From Obrimoposthia wandeli (Eukaryota), in NCBI GenBank assembly GCA_977020255.1, contig CDROCS010002469.1, forward strand, positions 248,001-312,000: DNA of 64,000 nt. Direction: 5' to 3'. Made by a program: the position numbers and the translations under genes. A model generated the notes under the pieces. It searched no databases. It had not been told where the DNA came from and saw only the letters and a program-made list of their open reading frames with translations. This document shows, in pieces, positions 29,070 through 40,473 of this stretch (position 1 is the stretch's first letter; each line of letters begins with the position of its first letter).

Positions 29070-31826
29070 TTGCAGTCTAATTTTACTAAAAGTAATAAAA
29101 AGATGTTATTTACGATCTTTATGCGATCTGTTTTAGCTGTTATCTCTCTTCTTTTGGCTTCTTTGTTTCTCAGTTTATTTGGGTTGAAGGAAGCTAATAG
29201 TCTTTTACTTCAGAATCAATTCACCCGTGCTGAAAAGGACGTATCAAATGAGCTGGTGATAATCGCAGTTGACGATGAAAGCTTAGCTTATCTAAATTCT
29301 TGGCCCTGGCCTAGAGGAGTCTACGCGAACGTTTTGGAGCAACTAGAACTGCATAATGTTCGTAGAGTAGCCTTCGATATTGACTTTAGTTCCTCATCTA
29401 ACTTTAAGCAGGACGTTTTATTTTCTCAATCTTTAGATGATGCAAAGTTTGATATTGCTCTAGGGGCATATGTTTCGAAACACCCAGAGACAGGAGGTTT
29501 TCGAGAGCATAATCCTATTCCTCTATTTGCAGAGCATGCAGTTGCAGCCAATGCGAATATTGAATTAAATAGCTTGGGTAGGGTTGAGCAATATTACGGG
29601 CTATTTAATAACAAGCAGCAAACTCTAGCAGCCTTCCTGGCTAATTTAGAAAAAGAGCGAGAAAGTCCGTATTTTATAGATTATAGCTATCCTTGGCAGA
29701 ATATACCGATGTACTCGGTGAAAGATCTATTGACAAAAAATGTTCCAATTGGAAGTCTGCAAAATAAAGACATACTGATAGGCTCTACAGCTATAGTACT
29801 AGGAGATAATTTTAATACGCTTTCTGGTAATACAATACCAGGCGTATATTTACATGGCCTTGCCTATGAAACGATTATTAAGGAACAGCAGTTTACTAAG
29901 CTTAGCCTTAAATTTATTGATTTTCTCTCCATATTAGTAGTTGTTTTTATTTCACTCGTATTTAATACACAAAAAACCATGCGTTTATTTGTCGTCACTC
30001 TGGCAGGCTACAGTGCAATTTTTTATACAGTAGCTTATCTTCATGTACACGAATATGTGATTTTTGAAGCAGCTAAGCTTCTTGTAAGCTTAGTATCTAG
30101 CTCTGTCGTCTTTTTTTGTTATGCATTTTATTTAAAAACCACCTCCTTTTACAAAGAAAAAAATAAGAAGAACTACCATAAAGCGATCTCCTCCAAGATT
30201 ATAAAAGGTAATGTAAATGCCATTTTTGTGGTAGATATTGCAGGTAATATTATTATCTCTAACGAAAAAGCTAAGAAAATGTTTCGTTTAAATGATAATG
30301 ATTCAAACTTATTTAAATTCTTTGAGCATGCTAAGGAGTTTATCCAAAAATATGATGCCGGTGATAAAGAACAGTTGAATTATCATAAACTACACCATTG
30401 TACAGAAGATACGTATTTAGACCTTGAAGTTTTTGTTAATAAAGTTTCGTTTGTTACTAGTCGATATCAAGGAATTATCGAAGAAAAACACGAACTGTAT
30501 AGTTTTATTATTATTGATGAAACAGAAAAAATTAAAGCGCTTGAGGATATGAACCAATCAAGGATTGAACTTCTGGATATTAAATTTAATGATCCCGTTG
30601 CAAAAATCTCAAATCGATTTAGCTTTGAAAACTATTTAACTAGTTTTATCGAAGAAGGAAATAGGCATAGCACAACAGTCATTCTATTAAGGTTAAATTC
30701 GCTGCAAGAAATAAACTATATTTATGGGAGACTTACTGGTAATAGTGTTCTTTACCATACGGCGCAACTGTTAGTGAGCGAAGCTGCTGGCAAAGCAAAA
30801 GTATTTAAGTTTTCCAGTGCAACATTTGCCTTAGTGTACACAAATCAAAACGAACCTACAGTTGAAAGAGAAATGCAGCGATTATATTTCCTGTTTACAA
30901 ATCCGCTGCAAATACAGAATCAAAATCTTCTTATTTCAGTATCGCTTGGGAGTTCTCTTTCTCCAATGCATGGGAGTGAGCCTCTGCAGATCATCTCCTA
31001 TGCAGAAGCCTCTCTTGACTATGCCCATACTAATCGGTTTATAAACTACTTTTTTTACGATGAACACACATTGATGAAGTCTAAACAGAGAGTAACATTG
31101 AAGCAAGAGCTTTACCGAGCCATCAAGCAACGAGAATTTGTTCTTTTCTATCAGCCTCAGCTCTGCTTGCAAAGTGATCGCGTAATCGGATTAGAAGGCC
31201 TGTTACGTTGGAAAGACCCAATTAAAGGTCTGCGTTATCCTAATGAATTCATTGGAGCGTTAGAAGATTTTGGTTTCATGGGGGAAATGGGACAACTAAT
31301 CATTGATATGGGATGTGAAGATGCAACTAAGTTACCTGATCGTATTAAAATTGCTATTAATGTATCCCCTGTACAGTTCTTAGAATCAGACTTAGAACAA
31401 TTGTGTATCACTAGCTTAGAAAAGTCGGGTCTGGAGCCTAGCAGATTAGAACTTGAGATTACTGAAAGTATGTTGATGGACGATATTGAGAATGTTTCAC
31501 GTGTTTTACATAAGATCAAAAAACTTGGTATTACTATCGCAATGGATGACTTTGGTACAGGCTACTCAAGCTTACAATATTTATCCCAGCTCCCGTTTGA
31601 TAAATTAAAAATTGACCGCTCATTCTCTAAAAACCTCCTGTCTAACTCACAAGCTAAAGACATCATGGTATCAATAATCCAATTAGGAAAAGCTGCAAGT
31701 AAAACAATTCTAGTTGAAGGTATTGAAAATCAAGAGACTGCGATTTTCCTTGCTGCGAACGGTTGCGATTTTGTCCAAGGTTATTTATACGGGAAGCCAA
31801 AACCTATCAGTGAATATTTATCATAA
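29070..31826 (+). CDS. CHASE2-TM-PAS-degenerate GGDEF-EAL c-di-GMP phosphodiesterase
   Basis: CHASE2 motifs IIAVDDESL, WPWPRGVY, AFDIDF, PGVYLHG; GGDEF site reads SSATF; EAL domain FYQPQ, EGLLRW, LEITES, DDFGTGYSSL, LKIDRSF, EGIE, QGYLYGKP; AGGAG RBS before TTG. Confidence 0.92.
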   Translation: MQSNFTKSNKKMLFTIFMRSVLAVISLLLASLFLSLFGLKEANSLLLQNQFTRAEKDVSNELVIIAVDDESLAYLNSWPWPRGVYANVLEQLELHNVRRVAFDIDFSSSSNFKQDVLFSQSLDDAKFDIALGAYVSKHPETGGFREHNPIPLFAEHAVAANANIELNSLGRVEQYYGLFNNKQQTLAAFLANLEKERESPYFIDYSYPWQNIPMYSVKDLLTKNVPIGSLQNKDILIGSTAIVLGDNFNTLSGNTIPGVYLHGLAYETIIKEQQFTKLSLKFIDFLSILVVVFISLVFNTQKTMRLFVVTLAGYSAIFYTVAYLHVHEYVIFEAAKLLVSLVSSSVVFFCYAFYLKTTSFYKEKNKKNYHKAISSKIIKGNVNAIFVVDIAGNIIISNEKAKKMFRLNDNDSNLFKFFEHAKEFIQKYDAGDKEQLNYHKLHHCTEDTYLDLEVFVNKVSFVTSRYQGIIEEKHELYSFIIIDETEKIKALEDMNQSRIELLDIKFNDPVAKISNRFSFENYLTSFIEEGNRHSTTVILLRLNSLQEINYIYGRLTGNSVLYHTAQLLVSEAAGKAKVFKFSSATFALVYTNQNEPTVEREMQRLYFLFTNPLQIQNQNLLISVSLGSSLSPMHGSEPLQIISYAEASLDYAHTNRFINYFFYDEHTLMKSKQRVTLKQELYRAIKQREFVLFYQPQLCLQSDRVIGLEGLLRWKDPIKGLRYPNEFIGALEDFGFMGEMGQLIIDMGCEDATKLPDRIKIAINVSPVQFLESDLEQLCITSLEKSGLEPSRLELEITESMLMDDIENVSRVLHKIKKLGITIAMDDFGTGYSSLQYLSQLPFDKLKIDRSFSKNLLSNSQAKDIMVSIIQLGKAASKTILVEGIENQETAIFLAANGCDFVQGYLYGKPKPISEYLS

Positions 31827-31972
31827 ACTGCATCTCTAGTTTCTTCGCTCGTGCTACCTATTTTGCAATATACTATTTATCAACCCTTTAGCAAGAAATT
31901 CATCAAACCGCTACTTTTGTGACTTGATCAAAAGTATAAATTTTACGAAAATTCAAAGCCTATTTAGATATT

Positions 31973-33508
31973 CTATTTGTTTTTGTTTTTGTTCGAATTA
32001 CTGCCACCTGCATTACTGTTTCCACTGTTGCTGCCTGCGTTGCTAGTTCCGCTATTACCACCTTCGTTGCTACTTCCGCTGCTACCAGCTGCATTGCTGT
32101 TTTCGCTGTTACCACCTGCGTTGCTACTTCCGTTGTTACCACCTGCGTTGCCACTTCCGCTGTTACCACCTGCATTGCTACTTCCGCCGTTGCCGCCTGC
32201 ATTGCTGTTTCCGCTGTTACCACCTGCATTGCTATTTCCGCTGTTACCACCTGCATTACTGTTTCCGCTGTTACCACCTGCATTACTGTTTCCGCTGTTG
32301 CCGCCTGCATTGCTGTTTCCGCTGTTACCGCCTGCATTGCTACTTCCGCTGTTACCACCTGCATTGCTACTTCCGCCGTTGCCGCCTGCATTGCTGTTTC
32401 CGCTGTTACCACCTGCATTGCTATTTCCGCTGTTGCCGCCTGCATTGCTATTTCCGCTGTTACCACCTGCATTACTGTTTCCGCTGTTGCCGCCTGCATT
32501 GCTGTTTCCGCTGTTACCACCTGCATTACTGTTTCCGCTGTTACCACCTGCATTACTGTTTCCGCTGTTACCACCTGCGTTGCTGTTTCCGCTGTTGCCG
32601 CCTGCATTGCTGTTTCCGCTGTTACCACCTGCGTTGTTTTTTCCGCTGTTTCCACCTGCGTTGTTGTTCCCGCTGTTTCCACCTTCGTTGTTGTTCCCGC
32701 TGTTTCCACCTGCGTTGTTGTTCCCGCTGTTTCCACCTTCGTTGTTGTTCCCGCTGTTTCCACCTCCGTTGTTGTTCCCGCTGTTTCCACCTCCGTTGCT
32801 ACTTCCATTGTTTCCGCTTTTACCACCTGCGTTGCTGTTTGAATTGTATTGTTCACTGCCCAGATTAGTAATTTCAATTTGATCAAGGTAAGTATCGGCT
32901 AAACTTTTAACATCACTTCCGAAGTATTGGTTTAAATTTTTAGCCTTCTGAACACTTGTTGCTTTTAAATCTGTTGAATTATTTAGAGAAACTGCGGTTT
33001 TTTCTCCAGCCTTTATACTAATAACAGATTTGCTTTCCTTACTCGATACTTTAACTAGTCCTTCAAAAACTTGGACAGAAAAAGAGGCATCAGATACTCC
33101 CGTAGCAAAAGTCGTACCTTTTACAAGGGCTGCTCCGAAACGTGATCTTACCTTGAAGTGGTTTTTAGTGCCTTTTTTAACCGAGAAAAGCACAGTGCCA
33201 AGTTTGTGGAAAAAGCTAGTAGATTCTTCTGTATTTAATCTATTTGGAAGAATGAGCTCGCTATTTGCTTCAACAATAAGCGACTCTTGATCTCTGATTA
33301 AAAAAGCTCGGCTCCTGTACTTTGTTTTTAATATATCGCCCGGGGATAGTGTGTCTCCAGCTGTGACAAGCTTTGCGAAATATCCAGGGCGCAAAATCGA
33401 GACCTTACCTTTGACTTCAACTATTTCCCAGTTTAATGATGACGCTGAAGTATGAGTGGCTGGGAAAAAAGCGAGCAGATATAAAACAATTAGTTTGATC
33501 CATTTCAT
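31973..33508 (-). CDS. Secreted FecR-domain protein with a long (A/G/E)GGNSGNSN repeat tail
   Basis: AGGAG RBS; signal-like MKWIKLIVLYLLAFFPATHTSA; FecR-like GDTLSPGDILKT, GTVLFSV, VKGTTF, VQVFEGLVKV; low-complexity tail. Confidence 0.85.
   Translation of the reverse strand: MKWIKLIVLYLLAFFPATHTSASSLNWEIVEVKGKVSILRPGYFAKLVTAGDTLSPGDILKTKYRSRAFLIRDQESLIVEANSELILPNRLNTEESTSFFHKLGTVLFSVKKGTKNHFKVRSRFGAALVKGTTFATGVSDASFSVQVFEGLVKVSSKESKSVISIKAGEKTAVSLNNSTDLKATSVQKAKNLNQYFGSDVKSLADTYLDQIEITNLGSEQYNSNSNAGGKSGNNGSSNGGGNSGNNNGGGNSGNNNEGGNSGNNNAGGNSGNNNEGGNSGNNNAGGNSGKNNAGGNSGNSNAGGNSGNSNAGGNSGNSNAGGNSGNSNAGGNSGNSNAGGNSGNSNAGGNSGNSNAGGNSGNSNAGGNSGNSNAGGNGGSSNAGGNSGSSNAGGNSGNSNAGGNSGNSNAGGNSGNSNAGGNSGNSNAGGNSGNSNAGGNGGSSNAGGNSGSGNAGGNNGSSNAGGNSENSNAAGSSGSSNEGGNSGTSNAGSNSGNSNAGGSNSNKNKNK
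32000..32840 (-). repeat. 27-bp coding tandem repeat, about 30 units
   Basis: Plus-strand unit CCACCTGCATTGCTGTTTCCGCTGTTA with synonymous and minor variants. Confidence 0.95.
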
Positions 33509-33762
33509 CCCGAACTCCTAAACAACATATTCAACATAATAAATTGAAATTTTATTATATAGTAAATTTATATTGGCTTAAATGTAGTAGCCGTGAAAAT
33601 AAACTAATCAGCAATACTGAATATTTAGGCAAGATTAAACCCAGTAAAGTCATCATGTATTAGAAACCAATTCTTAATTAACAACTGTTCGTTGTTAGCT
33701 ATTAAAATATTAAATTTAAATATTTGATAACTAATTGTTTTCTAGATTATTTTTAATGCTCA

Positions 33763-33960
33763 CTAAATACGATGAAAGCCTCGGGGTAATACATGTCATT
33801 AGAAGCGCTGAATAGACGGACCTGTCACGAGGCTTATAGCGTTGTACCCATTTAAGTCGGTAATCTTTCCAGCGAAACTTAAGGAAACAGTGATTAAGTA
33901 CCAGAAACTATCCATGTATAACTTTGTTGGTTAGCTCCACTGATATACCCCGTTTCAGCA
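33763..33960 (-). pseudogene. IS91-family (Y2) transposase remnant
   Basis: Frameshifted peptides KFRWKDYR (33880-33857), IQRF and HVLPRGFHRI (33795-33766) match C-terminal IS91-type motifs. Confidence 0.65.
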
Positions 33961-33964
33961 CATA

Positions 33965-34493
33965 AGTGGAGGTCGGTGCTTCAATAATGGTGCCATCTAT
34001 TGATGCTTCCATCTTTCATCAACAGCCCTGACTCTTCAAGAAATTGGCTGATGGCATCGAATATCTGTCGTCCTAAATCATGCTTCTCCAATAGGTGGCG
34101 AAATTTCATGACCGTTGTATGATCTGGTATAGATCGATCTAAAGACAAGCGATAGAAGCGTCGCATTGACGCTATTTCATAGAGTGAATCTTCGGTCGCA
34201 GCATCACTTAGGTTATACTATTGCTGTATACCGATACAGTTAACCCGTAATATTGATTCAAGTGGGTAAGGTCTGCGACCGTTACCTGCTTTGGGATAGT
34301 GAGGCTCTATCAAAGCTATAAGTCTAACCCAAAGCATAAGAGCTTCCATTTTTTCCAGAAATACTTCTTTTCGAGTTTTGTAGTGATTTTTTCTTAGATC
34401 TAGCACTGAAAATCCCAGCTGCTGTTCCATCGATATTACCTTAGCCTGATTAAGCAGCCATTATTTCATACTGGGGACTTAATCGCATATTCC
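33965..34493 (-). mobile_element. Truncated IS5-family (InsH-like) element
   Basis: Left end GGAATATGCGATTAAGTCCC; peptide TRKEVFL..PKAGNGRRPYPLE..QQ*YNLSD..YEIASMR..IPDHTT, then frameshifted [12 protein letters not shown]; truncated after the first catalytic Asp. Confidence 0.9.
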
Positions 34494-34634
34494 CCAGTTA
34501 TAAAACACTCAGGAATATTATCAACTAACTCAGACCTCATGATCATTAATTGAAGTTAGTGTTCGCTGAATTATTTGAGTAAGGTATTAAGAAAATGATT
34601 TATATATAAATCATGTTTAATTATTATTTGTAAT

Positions 34635-35417
34635 TTACTTTTCGTATTTCTTTAAAATTCTAAGCATTAACGGTTTGTTTTCACGGATTTCTGTAATAGC
34701 CTTCCAAATTCGATTTCGTTGCGCAGCAGGTAACTTTCCCATTTTTGAGAAAATTAAAAAATAAGATTTTGAACGTAGTGGTAATTGATGAATTTTAAAT
34801 TTACCTTTAAATTCAATATCTTGGTTAAAGTGCTCAGCAAGAAGTGGATTCATAGCAATGGAAGCAGTTCTATACGCTAACAACATGTTAATGTTTCCCC
34901 GGTTTTTTACATTTTCTATAACTTCTATTCCTTTCTCTCGAAGATAACCTCCAATAGCCGCCCCGAATGCCACATTGACAGGTTGAGGAATCTTAGTTAA
35001 ATCACCATCAAATTCATAAGGTTCACCTTCTCTAGTTAATAAAACATATTCAACCTGGTCAATTCTCCAATTAGATTTTATAGCAGTAGCTGCATCAGGG
35101 GGATAATGAGCATATATAGCTCTCTCATCTTTGTAAGACGCTGAGAGAAGTACTTCTACACTGCCAAATCCTAAATTTGCGAGGCAACGCTTCCAAGGGC
35201 AAGGGATAAATTTAAATTCGTATTTTAATGCCGTTAAAGCTTCTTTGACAATATCAACATGAATACCAATAGATTCATCCTCATTTTCATAAGTATAAGG
35301 AAACCAATCATTATCAGTTTGGATCTCTAAATTTTTCGCCTGTGTAGCAACAGGAATAAGCATAAAAGTTATTAGAATAATTAATAAAGATCTGTTCACT
35401 ATATTTTCCACTATCAA
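34635..35417 (-). CDS. Periplasmic substrate-binding protein (SBP family 3-like), orphan
   Basis: Signal peptide, WFPYTY, GIHVDIVKEAL, PWKRCL, YLIFSK-like end. Confidence 0.8.
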   Translation of the reverse strand: MIVENIVNRSLLIILITFMLIPVATQAKNLEIQTDNDWFPYTYENEDESIGIHVDIVKEALTALKYEFKFIPCPWKRCLANLGFGSVEVLLSASYKDERAIYAHYPPDAATAIKSNWRIDQVEYVLLTREGEPYEFDGDLTKIPQPVNVAFGAAIGGYLREKGIEVIENVKNRGNINMLLAYRTASIAMNPLLAEHFNQDIEFKGKFKIHQLPLRSKSYFLIFSKMGKLPAAQRNRIWKAITEIRENKPLMLRILKKYEK

Positions 35418-36361
35418 TGTTAATGGACTCTCAGCTTAATCTAAAAGGATTCATAAGTCCCTAGTTTCTGGGCAGTTTAAATTTTACAAATTTTATTTCC
35501 TTTAAGTGATTTTCGCTAACTATTTGATTAGTAGATGTTTTGGATTATAGGAAAACTCAATGCAATTGAACCCATCTGCTTGGCTTAATCTCTGGTTTTA
35601 AATATTTGATGCTTGATTCACTGTTTTAAATAATAGCTCTAGAGTAAATTGAGCTTAATTGCCTAACAGACACTCTCGCCCATTCTTCACGTTGTCGTTG
35701 AATTTTTTCTATGCGACTTCACCCCAGCTTCTTAGAAAGAAATCGTAAGCAACCACCGTGCACGATAGCGTCTAATAAAACATTTAAGACATCCACTTTT
35801 CAAACTCAACAGAAACCATTTTTATTCAATACCTTACATGATGCAGGGCTCTAATAATCAGCCCCACTGAGTGAAAAATTACTTCACTTTGCTGATACTG
35901 CAATCTCGTACATTCGCTACCAAGTTGCACAACCCTTTGCATTCTAGCCACAGCTTGGCAGTCGATTATTGAAGTAATGCACAGGAAATTTCGAAAAGAA
36001 AATGCGCTACAAATGCTACTAATGAGTGATCAATAGTATGTTTCAAAAGGAGGTATTAACGGTAGATAGACTTACAAAGGTCAGTGCCACGCATGACAAA
36101 AAGTGATTTGGTTTTACTTTTTAGATGCATCTTATAACAGACTACAAGAAAGAAGCTGTGACCGCCTACTCTTGTTAAAGTGCTAAGCTACTTACACCCA
36201 AAATGCCCACGATTGAAGTTATTGTGACTGATAATAACGAACCCAACAAAACATATTCTATTAGGCTATGATTTTTAGAATTGTTTAGCTCTCCGAAAAG
36301 ATAAAGGACCACTTTAAATCCTGTATTTAAACACTCAGCGCCTAATCTTGAGTTAAACTCT

Positions 36362-36485
36362 TTTTTAATCTTTCCTCTGTGCCCTCTGTGGTTAAACAAA
36401 TCTTTTAAAAGCTTTTTACCACCGAGGCACAGAGACGCTGCGCTACACAGAGATAAATCAAAATACTGAACAAGATCAAAATCTT
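36362..36485 (-). repeat. Single copy of the 144-bp hairpin unit (family C)
   Basis: Reverse complement CTCTGTGTAGCGCAGCGTCTCTGTGCCTCGGTGGT...ACCACAGAGGGCACAGAGGAAAGATT matches the 44.4-45.2 kb units. Confidence 0.85.
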
Positions 36486-36694
36486 CTATATTCTTCTGTG
36501 GTGCTAAAACCTGATAATTACACTAAAAGTGGCTATCCTGTAGATTTATCGCTATTGATCTAAAGATGAAAATAAAAAGTAAACTGCCCACGTTTAGCCT
36601 ACCACTTGTAAATAATACTCAATTTACAACCTTTTCAGAAATCCATTCACTAATGAAATATCACCGTATATCTAGCCTTTCATAAATTAAAGAC

Positions 36695-36726
36695 AAAAAA
36701 AAGCCTGAATAAATTCAGGCTTTTTT
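36695..36726 (-). terminator. Intrinsic (bidirectional) terminator of groESL
   Basis: AAAAAAAAGCCTGAAT-AA-ATTCAGGCTTTTTT, 20 bp after the groEL stop. Confidence 0.9.
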
Positions 36727-36746
36727 ACTATCTAGGAGGGGTTGGC

Positions 36747-38405
<1,659 letters not shown>

Positions 38406-38479
38406 TTAAATTTTGTATGAATTATTTCAAGATATAAAGTGTTTAAAATAAAATCTTGAATTAAAAAAATAGTGAGTGA

Positions 38480-38773
38480 TTAGCTTTCTAATACACCGAA
38501 AATTTCGCTTTCGTTCATGATAAGCAATTCTTCGCCATCAATTTTAACAGCGTTAGATCCAGAGTATTGACCAAATAATACCGTGTCACCAGCTTTTACA
38601 CTTACCGCTTGAACTTCACCGTTATCAAGTACACGTCCTGAACCTACTGCAATGACGACACCTTGATTAGGCTTTTCTGCTGCTGAACCTGGAAGAACGA
38701 TACCACTTGCTGTTGTTTTTTCTTCTTCACTACGGCGAATAACTACACGATCGTGAAGTGGACGAATGTTCAT
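38480..38773 (-). CDS. groS: Co-chaperonin GroES
   Basis: [25 protein letters not shown]. Confidence 0.99.
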   Translation of the reverse strand: MNIRPLHDRVVIRRSEEEKTTASGIVLPGSAAEKPNQGVVIAVGSGRVLDNGEVQAVSVKAGDTVLFGQYSGSNAVKIDGEELLIMNESEIFGVLES

Positions 38774-38874
38774 TTATAGATTCTCCTAATGGTTTATCAC
38801 AAAAACTCAATATAATTATGAGATATATTTAAGCCGTAACTTTTTAATTTAACAAAAGTTACTGGTTGATTACT

Positions 38875-38902
38875 AGTTGGGGTCTGGGCAAACTGATTTC
38901 AA
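38875..38902 (-). promoter_or_regulatory. Sigma32 (RpoH) promoter of groESL
   Basis: Minus strand TTGAAA-N14-CCCCAACT versus consensus TTGAAA-N13/14-CCCCATNT. Confidence 0.8.
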
Positions 38903-39501
38903 TAGTAATCTGTAATTTAATTGAATTTATCAAATGCTAGCTAAATAACCCCATGAATATTATTGATCAAGATTGCTTTAAGATTAAAGCTTTTTGCTGT
39001 ATCGAATATACTTATTAGGAACGGCTATCGACGCATCAACCTGCGCTGAACACAATATAGAAATAGCCTTTAGCGATTTCGCAGATTTTACACTCGCCAT
39101 TTTGTAACCAAAGTTTTCATACAAAAATAGCGTTGTTTTAAAACAGCATCAGCAAGTAAAGTATTAAAATATCATTGAGTAGACTTGGATCTTGGATGCT
39201 GTATCGGCGCTATAGTAGTGTTAGATATCGCTTTTGATAAATTTACGCTGCCTACTCTTTATATTACTAAGTCATACAGGTACTGGGAGATGTGTAAGAG
39301 GTACTTGTATAAACTGACTGAAGACAGCGGGCTAGTATTATCCTCTTACACAGGCCATGTAAAGAAGACCTAAAAAAGACAAATACTGGAAAAACACAAT
39401 AAGTTTATCTGATTGAATACAGATAACGGGCGATTAGAGCGTCGAGGCGAGTGTGAATTCAATGTAACTATTTCACAATTCAAGATCGTGCTTCTATAAC
39501 T

Positions 39502-40059
39502 TCAATCCTTTTGATCATTTCTGTTATTTTGCTCATCTAAGCTCGTTTCTCGTAAACTAAATTTAGCTTCTGTTTCTTTACTGTACTCACCTTCAAACAC
39601 ATCGCCAGATTTAGCACCTGAATCGGTATGACTCTGGTTATGAAATGGGCCACGATTCATACTGCCAAAACTGGCAGACCCCGACATATTTGCTGACATG
39701 CTATGCTTAAAACGATGACTGACTATTTTTATAAAACCAATTCGGGTAAACGGCACTAAACAGCAAAAGCCAATTACATCAGTAACAAACCCAGGCGTAA
39801 TGAGTAGCGCCCCACCAACTGCAAGCACTAAACCTTCTATCATTTCTTGTTGCGGCATTTCGCCTTGGCTCATTTTTTGCTGAGCGCGCCCAAGTGTAGC
39901 CAAGCCCTGGTACCTCAACATATTCACTCCCACGAACGCTGACAACAACACCAAAGCGATGGTATACCAAGCGCCAATCAATTGACCGACGTTAATCAAT
40001 ATAGTTATTTCAATGATAGGGATGACAATAAAAAGAATAAATACGATAGGCATTTGCAA
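39502..40059 (-). CDS. fxsA: FxsA membrane protein
   Basis: IPIIEITILINVG, GGALLITPGFVTD; usual position next to groES. Confidence 0.93.
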   Translation of the reverse strand: MQMPIVFILFIVIPIIEITILINVGQLIGAWYTIALVLLSAFVGVNMLRYQGLATLGRAQQKMSQGEMPQQEMIEGLVLAVGGALLITPGFVTDVIGFCCLVPFTRIGFIKIVSHRFKHSMSANMSGSASFGSMNRGPFHNQSHTDSGAKSGDVFEGEYSKETEAKFSLRETSLDEQNNRNDQKD

Positions 40060-40299
40060 AATCTACATTAGAAAATTTGATTAAAATTATAAAGCAACCT
40101 TTTAACTTGTCTAGTTTAAAAGAAGCAGTAGCTTTAAATTTTGCGGATTTAAATATTTATTAATTAAAATCAATTATTTAAGCCCTAGGCTGCCTGTACG
40201 TTTTTTGTACGCGAAAAGATAGTAAAATCCACTTGCCGCAAAACCCGTGAAAACGGCACCAGTATTCATTCAATATTAGTGCTATCTTTTTCAGTTAGT

Positions 40300-40473
40300 T
40301 AGTGCCATCCTGAAACGGGGTCGTCAGCGGAAACGTCCCACAAGTACTCTCTATTGGGCGTTTAGTTCATTCAAACAACTAAATATATGAGTAGATGCGT
40401 TAGTGTGAGCAGTTCGCAGTGACATCCGTTTCTGGATACCTAGTTATACCTCCCTACTCTGGCAAGCTCATTA
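40300..40473 (+). ncRNA. Structured non-coding element, copy 2 (IS110 left-end/bridge-RNA-like, tentative)
   Basis: AGTGCCATCCTGAAACGGGGTCGTCAGCGGAAACGTCCC; stems GGG..CCC, TTTAGTT/AACTAAA, TACTC/GAGTA, ATCC/GGAT; homologous to 28624-28854. Confidence 0.5.

Noticed and set aside
31960-32886. Long ORFs in other frames (VTAET and LLFPLLPPA repeats)
   Set aside because: Shadows of the 27-bp repeat; only 31973-33508 has an RBS, signal peptide and domain
33947-33958. Third CTGAAACGGGGT match to the bridge-RNA-like element (minus strand)
   Set aside because: Downstream motifs are absent and the region reads as IS91 transposase debris, so it is probably coincidental
36175-36399. 74-aa ORF starting MFNHRGHRG
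   Set aside because: It begins inside the family C repeat and is a repeat-derived reading frame
39185-39373. 62-aa ORF between groES and fxsA
   Set aside because: TTG start with no RBS and no recognisable motif
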